Assembly (NCBI GenBank): GCA_030141605.1
Contig: JAQGDQ010002406.1
Coordinates: 13,385 to 77,384 of the forward strand
Direction: 5' to 3'
DNA: 64,000 bases
DNA from: Tubiluchus corallicola
Lineage: Eukaryota; Animalia; Priapulida
The position numbers and the translations under genes are program-made. Positions 52,280 to 63,932 of the stretch are shown here, piece by piece. Under the pieces are notes generated by a model, which was given only the letters and a program-made list of their open reading frames with translations, did no database searches and was not told where the DNA came from. Each line of letters starts with the position of its first letter. The stretch's first letter is position 1.

Positions 52280-53896
52280 TTAGATAGCTTTGTTTAACAT
52301 CTCTGTGGCATGTTTTTTCTCTTTTTCCTGGCGTTCCTTGTTCCATTTAAGCTCACCTGCCATAATGCTAACAACCCTAGGCAAAACCTCCAGGGAATTC
52401 TCGGTATGCAGAAGGGCAATTGGTAACCTTCTTGCGAGCACGTCAATGGCCCTGACCGCCATCTCATGACGGCACACATATGCAACTTCCGCCTCAAGAT
52501 AGCTATGGTTCGGATGCAGCCTCTTCATCAGCTTATCCTTCAAGCCGATCTGAATGACCTCTTCCGATTGGTCTCCGTAGGTTCTGTTGAGATGCAGGGC
52601 AACATCTTCATCTATATTGTGTTTTGCAATGAGGTGAGCGTGATTTTGTGGTTCATAGTGTTTTGATCCAACCAACTTCAAGTCCTTCGTAATGCAAGGG
52701 TGCACCACATTCAGTCCGCATACCTGGATAGTTCTATCAACAGTCTCTTCTGCCATTCTCCTATAGCTCGTCCATTTGCCACCGGTGATCGTCACGAGTC
52801 TGCTGTTGCTGGATTCTATGTAGTGGCTCCGCACCAGTTCTTGGGTACTCATCCGCTCCGGATCAAGGACCAAAGGTCTCAATCCGCTCCACGCAGCAGT
52901 TATATCTGCGCTTGTGACAATCCTATTGTAATATTTATTTGCATAGGTGAGTAGATATTGTATATCCTTCTCGGATGCTACGGGATGATCTTCAAGCTCG
53001 GCTGGTTCATCAGTAGTTCCAAGCAGAGTATGCCCCTCCCAAGGAAGCATGAATAGAACCCTCCCGTCCTCGGTCTTAGGTATCATCAACCCAATGTCAG
53101 GAGGTGAAAACTTTTTATCCAAAACGATATGTATACCGGAACTCACACTCAGCAGCCCCATGGCGTTTTTAGCATCCATATGCCTGAGAGAATCTGCAAA
53201 CGGGCCCGTGGCATTGACGACACTTTTAGCGCGAATATCCCACTCGTCTCCACTGAGGTTGTCACGAACTTTTGCACCAACAACGATTCCGTTAGCTTTA
53301 ACAAGGTCTATAACTTCCACAAAATTCGCACACACCGCATTGTACTCAGAAGTGGTGCGCAACAGGGATATAACCATCTTGGCATCATTAAACTGCCCGT
53401 CGTAGTATGTAACAGCCGCCTTAAGACCATCTTCCTTGAGCATCGGATAACGTCGCGAAGCCTCTTTTTTGCTGATGAGCCTACTGCCACCAAGCCTCTT
53501 CTTGCCGGACAGAAGATCATACATAACGAGACCTGAAAATACATAAAAAATCTCAAGCCACTTATACAAAGGGGTAAGAAAAACAGCAGGAGACGCAAGA
53601 TGTCTAGCATTTTGCAACAGTGCATGCCTTTCGTCCAAGCCCTCTTTTACAAGACTGTACTGCTCTTTATCGAGCTTTAATACAGCTTTCTCAAGGTAAC
53701 GCACGCCGCCATGAACAAGCTTTGTACTGCGGGAACTGGTACCTTCACCAAAATCATTCTTCTCAACAAGGGCAACGCGAATTCCCCTACTGGCAGCATC
53801 AAGAGCCACACCACAACCTGTAGCACCGCCACCGACCACTAGCATGCCAAAATACTCACCACTCTTCAGCCTATCTATAGCTTCTTTTCTATCCAT
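52280..53896 (-). CDS. glpD: FAD-dependent glycerol-3-phosphate dehydrogenase
   Basis: VGGGATGCGVALDA, GTSSRSTKLVHGGVRYL, NATGP, SGLRPL, GGKWT. Confidence 0.95.
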   Translation of the reverse strand: MDRKEAIDRLKSGEYFGMLVVGGGATGCGVALDAASRGIRVALVEKNDFGEGTSSRSTKLVHGGVRYLEKAVLKLDKEQYSLVKEGLDERHALLQNARHLASPAVFLTPLYKWLEIFYVFSGLVMYDLLSGKKRLGGSRLISKKEASRRYPMLKEDGLKAAVTYYDGQFNDAKMVISLLRTTSEYNAVCANFVEVIDLVKANGIVVGAKVRDNLSGDEWDIRAKSVVNATGPFADSLRHMDAKNAMGLLSVSSGIHIVLDKKFSPPDIGLMIPKTEDGRVLFMLPWEGHTLLGTTDEPAELEDHPVASEKDIQYLLTYANKYYNRIVTSADITAAWSGLRPLVLDPERMSTQELVRSHYIESSNSRLVTITGGKWTSYRRMAEETVDRTIQVCGLNVVHPCITKDLKLVGSKHYEPQNHAHLIAKHNIDEDVALHLNRTYGDQSEEVIQIGLKDKLMKRLHPNHSYLEAEVAYVCRHEMAVRAIDVLARRLPIALLHTENSLEVLPRVVSIMAGELKWNKERQEKEKKHATEMLNKAI

Positions 53897-54077
53897 ACTA
53901 ACCAAGCCCTCCTTAAATGAACAAAGCTCACGCACTAAAGTCAAAAGTATAACAAAAATATTCGGTTAGTAAACAAAATTATACTTTTCGATCACCAAAA
54001 TTGCCACTTCTCTAAGCATGAAGAATGTACACCACAACAGTACACAACCTTTAAATCACCCGCAAAAATAACCTAAA

Positions 54078-54108
54078 AAAACAGCGGCTGTTCACCAGCC
54101 GCTGTTTT
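54078..54108. terminator. intrinsic terminator between glpK and glpD
   Basis: AAAACAGCGGCTG-ttcac-CAGCCGCTGTTTT, T tract on the minus strand. Confidence 0.82.
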
Positions 54109-54165
54109 GTAATACAGGCTACAAACTTTGTGAACCGATGATCCCAAAGGGCAGCCTTACCATCT

Positions 54166-55665
54166 TTACGCCAAGTTTAATGTACGCTGAACAGCGTCCT
54201 TCCACTTGTCATATCCCGATGTACGCAGCATATTGTCCGCACTAGGCTTCCATTCCTTGTCTTTGCCCCAATTGCTCACAAGATCATCTGTGTCCTTCCA
54301 GTATCCAACAGCGAGTCCAGCAGCATAAGCAGCACCCAAAGCCGTACTCTCAACTACCACAGGACGGACGACGGGCACATTGAGAATATCAGCCTGCATC
54401 TGCATCAATGGCTCACTCACAACCATTCCACCGTCAACTCTGAGAGTCTTTAGATCAACTCCAGAATCAGCATTCATAGCATCAAGAACCTCTCTAGTCT
54501 GATATGCAGTAGCTTCAAGAGCCGCTCTTGCGAAATGCCCCTTATGAGCATAACTAGTAAGACCTGTGATAACACCCCTGGCATCAGACCTCCAGTAAGG
54601 AGCAAAAAGACCAGAAAAAGCGGGGACAATGTAAACGCCACCATTGTCTTCAACCGTAGTAGCAAGAGTATCTACTTCAGGAGCGCTAGAGATGATCTTG
54701 AGATTGTCCCTCAGCCACTGGACCAACGCACCGGCAAAAGCGATTGAACCTTCAAGCGCGTAAACCGTAGGCGCCTTACCAAGCTTGTAGCACACTGTCG
54801 TCAAAAGGCCACTCTTTGAGTCGACGATGTCGGAGCCCGTGTTAATAAGCATAAAGCATCCTGTGCCGTAGGTGTTCTTCGCCTCCCCTTTGTTGAAACA
54901 AACCTGGCCAACCATAGCCGCCTGCTGATCTCCAAGATCGCCGCAGAGGGGCACTTTACCCCCGAAAGGGCCGTCAGCTTTTGTCAAACCATAATAGTCG
55001 GGATCGCTCGACGGACGAATCTCCGGCATCATAGATTTTGGGACACTCATTATTTTGAGTATTTCATCATCCCAGCTACAGGACTTGAGATCCATAAGCA
55101 TCGTCCGGGATGCATTCGTAACGTCGGTAATATGGCTATTACCTTCCGTGAGATTCCATATGAGCCATGTGTCAATATTGCCAAAGATCGCGTCGCCATT
55201 TTCAGCATCTTTACGCAAACCGTCTACGTTGTCCAACAACCATTTAATCTTAGGACCAGAAAAGTACGTGGCAAGCGGCAAGCCGACCTTCGCCTTAAAT
55301 CTGTTCTGCCCCCCTGTTTGTGCCAATTCATCACAGATGCTGTCCGTACGAGTATCCTGCCACACAAGGGCGTTGTGATATGGTTTGCCGGTTTTCTTAT
55401 TCCAGACCACAGTTGTTTCTCTTTGGTTTGTAATGCCTGCGCCGGCAATATCTGCTGCGGTAACTCCAGCTTTTTCCAATGTCTTTTTGATACACTCGTT
55501 AGTATTCTTCAAGATCTCCATGGGATCATGCTCAACCCAACCCGCCTGGGGACATATCTGCTCGTGCTCCAACTGGTGACTGGCCACCATGTTGCCCTTC
55601 TTATCAAAAAGTATGCAGCGGGAACTAGTGGTCCCCTGATCAATTGATGCGATGTACTTCGACAT
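54166..55665 (-). CDS. glpK: glycerol kinase
   Basis: [37 protein letters not shown]. Confidence 0.97.
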   Translation of the reverse strand: MSKYIASIDQGTTSSRCILFDKKGNMVASHQLEHEQICPQAGWVEHDPMEILKNTNECIKKTLEKAGVTAADIAGAGITNQRETTVVWNKKTGKPYHNALVWQDTRTDSICDELAQTGGQNRFKAKVGLPLATYFSGPKIKWLLDNVDGLRKDAENGDAIFGNIDTWLIWNLTEGNSHITDVTNASRTMLMDLKSCSWDDEILKIMSVPKSMMPEIRPSSDPDYYGLTKADGPFGGKVPLCGDLGDQQAAMVGQVCFNKGEAKNTYGTGCFMLINTGSDIVDSKSGLLTTVCYKLGKAPTVYALEGSIAFAGALVQWLRDNLKIISSAPEVDTLATTVEDNGGVYIVPAFSGLFAPYWRSDARGVITGLTSYAHKGHFARAALEATAYQTREVLDAMNADSGVDLKTLRVDGGMVVSEPLMQMQADILNVPVVRPVVVESTALGAAYAAGLAVGYWKDTDDLVSNWGKDKEWKPSADNMLRTSGYDKWKDAVQRTLNLA

Positions 55666-55766
55666 AGTCTGTCATCCTCCTTATGGTTTTAGTAATAATC
55701 ATTCTCTATCTGTATCTGCAGTTTAGTCACAGAATATTCCAATTCCGGTCAAACCAACCACAAAAT

Positions 55767-56504
55767 CTACACACTATTGAGCACGCTTAGGAAAAACTGA
55801 AAGGCTAATCCACCAAACACACCACCGGCCAAAGGCCCCAATACGGGAACCCAAGCATACCCCCAGTCGGGATCTCTTTTACCAGGCACAGGCAGTATGG
55901 CATAAGCCAGGCGTGGTCCCAAATCACGAGCAGGATTGATAGCATACCCCGTAGGACCGCCCAAAGACAAACCGAGGCTAAATACGAGTATACCAATTAG
56001 CAGTGGCCCAATAAATGGAGCTATCTCGTTCCCTGGATGGGTTATACCCATGACACCAATGACGAGCATTGCAGTACCGATAAATTCTGTAGTGAAGTTC
56101 AGAGGATAGTTCCTTATCGCAGGAGCGGTACTGAAGCATGCAAGTTTGCCATCTTTATCAGAGCTCTCTTTGAAGTGAGCGTAGTAGGTAACAAATACCA
56201 GAGCAGCACCGGCCATGGCACCAGCCATCTGTCCTGCAATGTAGGCAAATGCTTCCGCTACTGTCATTCCACCCGTCGCCAAAGTGGCAGCGGTAACGGC
56301 AGGATTAATGTGGGCACCAGTCATCCACCCGGTAACATATACCGCAACAGCAACTGCACAACCCCATCCGGCAGTAATTACGATCCATCCCGATCCTTCC
56401 CCCTTGGATTTTGCCAAGACAACATTCGCAACAACACCATTGCCAAGAAGGACAAGTATCATCGTGCCCAAAAATTCTCCCAAGAATGCGTACATAATGA
56501 TCAC
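55767..56504 (-). CDS. glpF: glycerol uptake facilitator (MIP)
   Basis: HINPAVT and INPARDLGPR NPA motifs. Confidence 0.95.
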   Translation of the reverse strand: MIIMYAFLGEFLGTMILVLLGNGVVANVVLAKSKGEGSGWIVITAGWGCAVAVAVYVTGWMTGAHINPAVTAATLATGGMTVAEAFAYIAGQMAGAMAGAALVFVTYYAHFKESSDKDGKLACFSTAPAIRNYPLNFTTEFIGTAMLVIGVMGITHPGNEIAPFIGPLLIGILVFSLGLSLGGPTGYAINPARDLGPRLAYAILPVPGKRDPDWGYAWVPVLGPLAGGVFGGLAFQFFLSVLNSV

Positions 56505-56779
56505 CTCTAAAAAAAAAATAATCGTGTCCGAACTGGACTATGGTATATTAATACTACGCTATTTTAAAAAAATCCACATTAATCGTAAAATTTTTGCAAA
56601 TTGATGATATTAAGCGACTCTTAAAATATTTTATACACAACACGAGCTATGATCTAACAACACGCCTTGACCAAGCAAACACAGGGGTTATGGCAAATTT
56701 ATTGTACTTTTTTATCCCATTATTTTTTTATAACGACTTAACATAAAATGGATTATTGTCCAAATTTTCCGCATTTGAC

Positions 56780-56808
56780 TTGATTTATTCATATATGGGT
56801 TATATCAT
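56780..56808 (+). promoter_or_regulatory. sigma70-like promoter for dhaKL
   Basis: TTGATT-N17-TATCAT. Confidence 0.55.
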
Positions 56809-56866
56809 GGTCGTTCGAGGATGTTGAATGTTACGCGCAAATTATTCAGATGGAGGAACTATTGAT

Positions 56867-57937
56867 ATGAAGAAGCTCATCAACAGTGTAGACGACGTAG
56901 TAAAGGAGCAACTACAGGGTATGGCTTTGGCTCACCCGGAGCTTAAGGTAAATATTGGCCCACACTATCTATATCGGGCTGATGCTCCTATTAAGGGGAA
57001 GGTTGCATTGATATCCGGTGGCGGCAGCGGACATGAGCCCATGCATGGCGGTTTTGTGGGGCACGGAATGTTGGATGGAGCCTGTCCGGGGGAGGTATTT
57101 ACGTCACCTACTCCCGATCAGATGTATGAATGTGCAAAAGCCGTCGATTCTGGCAATGGAGTTCTCTTTATAGTAAAAAATTACACGGGTGATGTTCTCA
57201 ATTTTGAAACCGCTGCTGAGATGTTGAATGCTGACGGGATCAGCACTCAAAACATCCTTATAGACGACGATGTCGCCGTCAAGGACAGCCTTTATACTGC
57301 CGGGCGCCGGGGTGTTGGAGGCACTGTCTTGGCAGAAAAGATAGTTGGGGGAGCAAGTGAAACGGGTTACTCTCTGAAGCAGTGTGCGGACTTAGCCCGC
57401 AAAGTAAATAGTCACAGCAGATCCATGGGCATGGCGATCACATCCTGTTCAATCCCTGCTGCGGGCAAGCCGACATTCGACTTGGCAGAAGATGAAATAG
57501 AGATTGGCATAGGTATACACGGAGAACCTGGCATCAAAAGGATAAAGCACACCAGTGTTGATGAGATTACGGAGATGCTCACCCTCTCCATACTGGATGA
57601 TCCGATCTATACTAGAACTGTCAGAGAATGGGATTTTGAAAAGAATGACTGGATAGACAAAGAGATCACGGATGAGCAGATCAAGAGCGGTAGTCAGGTT
57701 ATAGCGTTTGTGAACAGCATGGGTGGAACACCTGTGTCAGAACTTTATGCAGTTTATCGTAAAATGAGCGAAATTTGCGATAAAAAGGGCATTAAGATAG
57801 TCCGTAACCTCGTGGGGCCATATATCACTTCACTTGAGATGCAGGGTTGTTCTATAACTTTGCTCCAAGCGGATGATGAAATGCTGAAATTCTGGGATGC
57901 TCCTGTTAAGACCCCGGGACTCCGCTGGGGTGTATGA
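56867..57937 (+). CDS. dhaK: dihydroxyacetone kinase subunit K
   Basis: [30 protein letters not shown]; GGAGG RBS. Confidence 0.96.
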   Translation: MKKLINSVDDVVKEQLQGMALAHPELKVNIGPHYLYRADAPIKGKVALISGGGSGHEPMHGGFVGHGMLDGACPGEVFTSPTPDQMYECAKAVDSGNGVLFIVKNYTGDVLNFETAAEMLNADGISTQNILIDDDVAVKDSLYTAGRRGVGGTVLAEKIVGGASETGYSLKQCADLARKVNSHSRSMGMAITSCSIPAAGKPTFDLAEDEIEIGIGIHGEPGIKRIKHTSVDEITEMLTLSILDDPIYTRTVREWDFEKNDWIDKEITDEQIKSGSQVIAFVNSMGGTPVSELYAVYRKMSEICDKKGIKIVRNLVGPYITSLEMQGCSITLLQADDEMLKFWDAPVKTPGLRWGV

Positions 57938-57978
57938 GGCTATCAGAAGTTTTGTAGTTAAAGAGGGGTGTTCTTAAA

Positions 57979-58617
57979 ATGGTTATCACTAAAGGGGATG
58001 TGGTAGATTGGCTTGACAGGGTGGCTTGTTTGATTAAGAGTAACAAGGATTATCTGACGGAGCTGGATTCTGCCATAGGCGACGCAGATCACGGAATAAA
58101 TATGGCGCGAGGGTTCGGCAAGCTGCAGGAACAGCTGCCGGCAATAGCAGAAGCAGAAAATAGTATAGGTGGGGTGTTGCACAAGACCGGAATGGCTCTG
58201 CTTTCAACGGTTGGAGGGGCAAGCGGCGCTCTTTATGGCACGTTTTTTATGCAAGCTGCAAACAGCTGCAAAGAAAAAAACGAACTTACCCCGGATGACC
58301 TGATCTTATTGCTGAACACAGGTATACAGGGTTTTGTGAAGAGAGGACGCACCGAACTACAGGACAAGACCATGTATGACGTTTGGGGCCCTGCTTTGGA
58401 GAAGATGAAGGAGACTTATGCTTCCAGCCTAGATTTTGAGGAAGCTTTGAAGCAGTTTCTATCCGCAGCTGAAGAGGGAAGAGACGGTACAGTGCCCCTG
58501 ATTGCGCGCAAAGGAAGGGCTAGCTACCTCAAGGAAAGGAGCATCGGGCACCAAGATCCTGGCGCCACAAGTTCTTGTCTCATGGTGAGCGCGCTGGTTG
58601 AGACATTGAAAAAGTAG
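57979..58617 (+). CDS. dhaL: dihydroxyacetone kinase subunit L
   Basis: LDSAIGDADHG, VGGASG, DKTM.D, KGRASYL, DPGA. Confidence 0.96.
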   Translation: MVITKGDVVDWLDRVACLIKSNKDYLTELDSAIGDADHGINMARGFGKLQEQLPAIAEAENSIGGVLHKTGMALLSTVGGASGALYGTFFMQAANSCKEKNELTPDDLILLLNTGIQGFVKRGRTELQDKTMYDVWGPALEKMKETYASSLDFEEALKQFLSAAEEGRDGTVPLIARKGRASYLKERSIGHQDPGATSSCLMVSALVETLKK

Positions 58618-58704
58618 CTGACCCTGGAAAAACCGGATACATTTTTTGACTTAAACAATGTATACTAGGGATTGTGGAAGTTTTTCCGTTTTTTATGATT
58701 TAGT

Positions 58705-58742
58705 GACGAAGCGCCCTGTTTTTGTATTGAGGGCGCTTTGTC
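58705..58742 (+). other. 13-bp stem-loop in the dhaL-dhaM intergenic region
   Basis: GACGAAGCGCCCT...AGGGCGCTTTGTC with one G-U pair. Confidence 0.6.
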
Positions 58743-58853
58743 TGGCAATTTTTATTAAATGGGCGTAGGTTTGGCGTATCCCGGGCAGACTAGGGATTTT
58801 TGAGTTTCTTGGATTATCAGATTATTAAAAATGAGTTTGGTTGGTTATAGTAG

Positions 58854-61363
58854 ATGGTAGGAATTGTAGCGGTTTCTCATAGTGCGGTGCTCCTTGAGGG
58901 TTTGCGGGAGCTTGTTGAACAGATGGCTGGCGATAGGCCCCTTGTGGCTTATGCTGGCGGTATTGATGACGAGAGTCAGCCAATAGGCACAGATGCTATA
59001 AAGATATTGAATGCAATACAGTCTACATAAATGACGGTGTGCTTGTCATAATGGATATGGGCAGCGCTATCCTCAGCTCTGAGAGTGCCATCGAGATGTT
59101 GCCGGCAGAGATGCAGGAAAATGTGCAGATGTGCCCTGCTCCGATTGTCGAAGGTACGTTGGCTGCGGTAATACAGGCTTCCAGTGGAAGCTCCATGGAT
59201 GATGTGCGTAAGGAGGCTTTGGAATCTCTCGTTCCAAAAAATGAGCTGGTGGAACCTCCGAAGAGCAACACCGATACAGTTTCAACCGATGACAGAGCCC
59301 CTACTGCTACAGGCTCCATCACCATAAAGCTAACAGTGTTAAACCCCATGGGGCTGCACGCAAGGCCTGCTGCAAATTTTGTGCGTACCTCCAATCAGTT
59401 CTCTTCGGATATAGAGGTCGTTAAGAGCGACAAATGGGTGAGCGGAAAAAGCGTTAACCAGCTGGCGTCTCTAGGAGTGAGATTCGGCGAAAATATTTCT
59501 GTCACCATCACAGGAAGTGACGCCAGAGAAGCTGCTGAAGCATTGCAAACACTTGCGGACGATTATTTTGGCGAGAGTGCAGAGGAGAGAGAAAAGCAGG
59601 AAGACATAATATACCTGTCAGAAAGCGAGGAAGAGACCGTTGACCCCGCTTGCAACAAAGGGCTACGAATTTCGGACGGAGTGGCGATAGCCACCCCGTT
59701 GATCCTTGACTATGCGTTGCCAAAAATACCTACCAGAGTGTCCGAATGTGCAGATACTGAAATAGAGAAATTTCACAAAGCTATCGGGGTTGCCAAGAGC
59801 GAACTTGACCATATCGTCAACGCAACAGAAAAGATGATAGGGAAAAACGAAGGAGAAATATTCAAGGTACATAAGTTGATTTTGGAAGATAGCTTTTTTC
59901 AGGATGACGTGGAAACGACCATAATAAATCAGAAGGTTGGAGTGGAAAACGCTTTGGTACATGCCATAAATGCCGTAGTTGAAGACTATAAAAATTCTGA
60001 TAATAAGTTTTTACAAAATAGAGCCGGTGACGTTTATGATGCCGGCAGAAGAGTTCTTGCACAGTTTATTGATCTCAACGATATCATGGTAGATGTCAGT
60101 GAACCATGCATCGTGGTTGCAAAAGATATCCCCCCTTCCGCCGTTAGGGTTATGGATGATGAAAATATTGTGGGGATATGCCTTGAAAACTGTAGTCCGA
60201 ATTCACACAGCGCGATACTTCTTCGCGCTATCGGCAAACCCGTGATAACAAATGCACAAAATGCCGTAGAGAAAGCAGAATATGCAAGCAGCATAGCAAT
60301 AAACTGTATTACGGAAGAGATATTTTTTGATCCCGATAGGGAGACGTCCACCCAATTGGAACTGTTGAGAAAGCAGTACCTGGAGAGAAAGAAAAGAATA
60401 TTGGAGATGACCCACGCAGAATCGATCACCAAAGATGGTGTCCGAGTAGCCGTGTCTGCCAATATAGAAAGAGCTCAGGATGCCAGAAATGCCTGTTCCG
60501 CTGGTGCAGAAGGTGTGGGGCTTTTTCGTACGGAATTTCTATTCATCAACGCCATGAGCGAACCGAGCGAAAGCGAGCAATTTAAGGTCTATTCTACAAC
60601 AGCTGAGAATACGGACAAAGAGCATGACATCATCATAAGAACCTTGGACATAGGAGCAGACAAGCCTGTGCCTTATGTGAGGGCTGAAGCTGAAGCCAAT
60701 CCATTTTTGGGCTACCGGGGAATAAGGCTGTGTCTTGGAAATGTGGAGCTGTTTAAGACACAACTGCGGGGCATCCTAAGAGCATCAGGAGAACATGAAA
60801 ATATAAAAATAATGTACCCCATGATCTCCACCATAGACGAGGTGTTTGCAGCTGATAAAATATTGGATGAAGCAAAAGAGGAGCTCAGACGGGAAAATAT
60901 ACCCTTTAATAAAGATATCAAAAGGGGAATTATGATAGAAGTTCCTTCAAGCGTTATAGATTCAGAATGTTTTGGAAAATATGTGGACTTCTTCAGCATA
61001 GGCACAAATGACTTAGCGCAATACACGATGGCCGCCGACCGAGGCAATAAAAATGTCACCCATCTTATCGACAATTATAGTCCAGTTTTAATGCGATCGA
61101 TCAAGATGGCAGTAAATGGTGCCTTAAAAAATAACATTGAAGTGGGCATTTGTGGGGAACTGGCCGGAGAATCGCTACTTACACCCGTGCTTATCGGGCT
61201 TGGCATTACAAAACTGAGCATGAGCGCTCCCCTCATTCCGGAAGTTAAGGCTGCGGTACAGATGATAACGTACAGCAAAGCAAAAGAGATAGCAGATAAT
61301 GTCCTCAAGATGTCCGGCAGCAAGGACGTGCGAGAATACCTAAAACAGCACGCCCCGATCTAG
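58854..61363 (+). CDS. dhaM: multiphosphoryl transfer protein DhaM(EIIA-Man-like)-HPr-Enzyme I (frameshift near 59025)
   Basis: MVGIVAVSHS from ATG 58854; DMGSA; HPr GLHARPAA; EI SHSAIL, GVGLFRTEF, NPFLGYRGIR, SIGTNDL, GICGE. Confidence 0.9.
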
Positions 61364-61684
61364 GAGAACGCCCCTTTTTCAGTTGCAGATATTCTCGCGC
61401 CTACTTCATTGATCCTGCTGGCGATTTTTGAGACAAAAAGTTTCATTACCCTTGTCTCTACCTGCAGAAGTCATATCATAAAAAAGTATTGAGTCTTAAA
61501 AAACATGACAGAACACATAAAACCGCCGCCAAAGAGATATAAAAAGACATAATTAAAACCTCAAAATAAATATAGTTGCAATTAAGCCCAGATGAGCTCA
61601 ATCTTGACAAAATGCGACCACCCACGGAAAAAGGAGAGCCGCAACACCCCAAAAATGGGGACGTATCCACAAAAATATTAAACT

Positions 61685-62101
61685 TTATTCGACAGAGGCA
61701 AGAGATGAAACCGTTTCAGCACCTTCTCTGGCGAGAGCATCAGCTATCTTGTTGTGCTCCCTTCCAACATGAACAAACTGAATATCCATGCCCCGTATGA
61801 GCTCAATTAACTCATCCAGCAGCAATTTTAGATTTTTATTCTTTACTTTATACTGTCCATTGATCTGTCTAACGGCAAGTTGAGAATCCGTGTAGCAGAT
61901 AACCTTGCTGGGATTCAATCTCTGGGCATGCCTTACACCCTCGACAATACCCTTGTATTCTGCAAAATTGTTAGTGTTAATCCCAACCCCAGCGCTGCAT
62001 TTCTCCACAACATTGTCATCTTCGTCATAGATAACAAAACCAAAACCCGCAGGACCGGGATTGCCCCTAGAAGCGCCATCTGTATATATTTTTAGCTTCA
62101 T
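61685..62101 (-). CDS. rnhA: ribonuclease HI
   Basis: YTDGASRGNPG, TNNFAEY, TDSQL, HVGREHNKIAD. Confidence 0.93.
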   Translation of the reverse strand: MKLKIYTDGASRGNPGPAGFGFVIYDEDDNVVEKCSAGVGINTNNFAEYKGIVEGVRHAQRLNPSKVICYTDSQLAVRQINGQYKVKNKNLKLLLDELIELIRGMDIQFVHVGREHNKIADALAREGAETVSSLASVE

Positions 62102-62106
62102 TTACT

Positions 62107-62816
62107 CTATTGCCCATTCTCAAAGTAAAGAAAACGTTGGCAATTAGGGCATTGATGTAATTCAAGCTCCTTCTTGACCTCAACATAAAGCTGAGGCGGA
62201 ACCTTCATATAGCAGCCGGTGCAAGTTTCATTCTCCACACGGACTACCGCAATATTGTTCCTCGCCCTTCTCACCTGCTCATACTTGGACAATAAACGCT
62301 TAGTTAAATCGACCGTGATCCCCTTGCGGGAAACTTTGAGCTCTTCTAGTTCGGAAGTGACGCCTGCCATCTTGTCCTGTCTGTTTGTTTCCCTCTCGTT
62401 TAAAAGCTTAGAAAGATCAGTCTCCTGAACAGCGAGTTGCTTTTCCTGTTCATCAAATATCTCAATATTTGCCTTAAGCTCTGTGATTCTCGCGTTGATG
62501 GCATCAATAGACTTGTGCATATTGTCAAGTTCCACAAGGCAACCTTGTAGTCTTTATGATTCTGGACACCGGCAAGTTTCTTCTTGGAGTTATCAAGCAT
62601 TTCCTCCTTCTCCTTGCCCTCTATCGTCAAATCACTCATCTCCTTCTTTGCGGCATCGTTACTACCCTTCACGCCTTTGTACTCAGCATCAACCCCAGCG
62701 TGTCGGTCACTCAAAACCTTGATCTCCTTGGGAACTCCCGAAACCTCACGCTCTATCAAGAATATTTTGCTATCAACTTCTTGCAATTTTATAAGACATA
62801 ACAAATCGTCATGCAT
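62107..62816 (-). CDS. coiled-coil C4 zinc-ribbon protein (CT398-like), frameshift near 62540
   Basis: LIKLQEVD N-terminus; CTGC...CPNCQRFLY; conserved position between Nif3 and RNase H. Confidence 0.85.
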
Positions 62817-62819
62817 CTA

Positions 62820-63932
62820 CTACCTCCGGTATATACTTCTATCGTTTGTGTCCAAGATCACAGTCTCGACATCAAATCTGTCACGCATCAGATCAGACAA
62901 GTAGTCCATATATATCTGCTCAGTGCCAAAATGGCCGGCATCCACGATAATCACTCCAGCTTCATAAGCATCTAAAGCATCATGGTGCTTTAAGTCACCG
63001 GTAAGCAATACCCTCAACCCCAGCTCAGCACACTTGCGCCAATAAGAGGCACCGCTACCACTGACAACAGCAAATTTATGAAATACCGTATCCGTCTCAT
63101 CCGTATTTATATTCAAAGAATCCAAGCCCAATTTATCCTTAACCATCTCACAAAAATCACCAATCCTCACCCCTTCGTCAAAAGAACATATGGTACCGAT
63201 CCCATACTGCTCAGAAAAAGCCCCTTCCAACGCAAAAATGTCGTACGCAGGTTCTTCGTAAGGATGGGAAGACTTGATGGATTGGATAACCGAAGGCAAG
63301 CGATCTTTTGCGACAATACTTTCAAGGCGATACTCACCTACTTCTGACAACACATCTTCTTCACCCAAGAATGGCGTAGCACCCGCCATGGGTTGAAAAG
63401 TGCCTATACCCTTACTCCTAAAGCTACAGTCGGAATACTTGCCAAGTGACCCACAACCGGCATCACACATAGCATCAAGAACAACAGATTCATAACCGCA
63501 AGGAACGTATACAACAACCTTAAACAGACTATTGCCGCCCAAGATGTCGAGGATGCCGTCATTGTTTGCAAGCAACCTCGTCGCAACATAATCGCTCAAG
63601 GAATAGTCACAAAGATCAAGATTGGTATGATAAGAAAGGATGTTTAAATTATTCCGTACAGCCTCCACCACGATTCTGGCCTTGGTTTCAGCAACATCTA
63701 TCGACTTCACTCCATCAAAAAAAACGGGGTGATGAGTTATCAACAACTCACACCCCTCTTTTATCGCTTTAAGAACATTTGACTCTGTCGGATCCAAAGC
63801 CAACCCAATTCGGTTAACCTCTCCCTCACCGAGCCACACCTGTTTACCACTGTTATCCCAAGAACATTGACGGTGTAACAACGAAATCTCTTTTTCAAAA
63901 AAATTAACCACCGCAGAAAGTTTAACGCTCAT
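62820..63932 (-). CDS. Nif3-like dinuclear metal centre protein (with PII-like insert)
   Basis: WDNSG, LITHHP, HTNLD, HPYEEPAYD, GSG, TGDLKHH, DAGHFGTE. Confidence 0.93.
   Translation of the reverse strand: MSVKLSAVVNFFEKEISLLHRQCSWDNSGKQVWLGEGEVNRIGLALDPTESNVLKAIKEGCELLITHHPVFFDGVKSIDVAETKARIVVEAVRNNLNILSYHTNLDLCDYSLSDYVATRLLANNDGILDILGGNSLFKVVVYVPCGYESVVLDAMCDAGCGSLGKYSDCSFRSKGIGTFQPMAGATPFLGEEDVLSEVGEYRLESIVAKDRLPSVIQSIKSSHPYEEPAYDIFALEGAFSEQYGIGTICSFDEGVRIGDFCEMVKDKLGLDSLNINTDETDTVFHKFAVVSGSGASYWRKCAELGLRVLLTGDLKHHDALDAYEAGVIIVDAGHFGTEQIYMDYLSDLMRDRFDVETVILDTNDRSIYRR

Noticed and set aside
53955-53995. GlpR-like operator half-sites upstream of glpD
   Set aside because: Weak matches with no clear palindrome, and no glpR in the window
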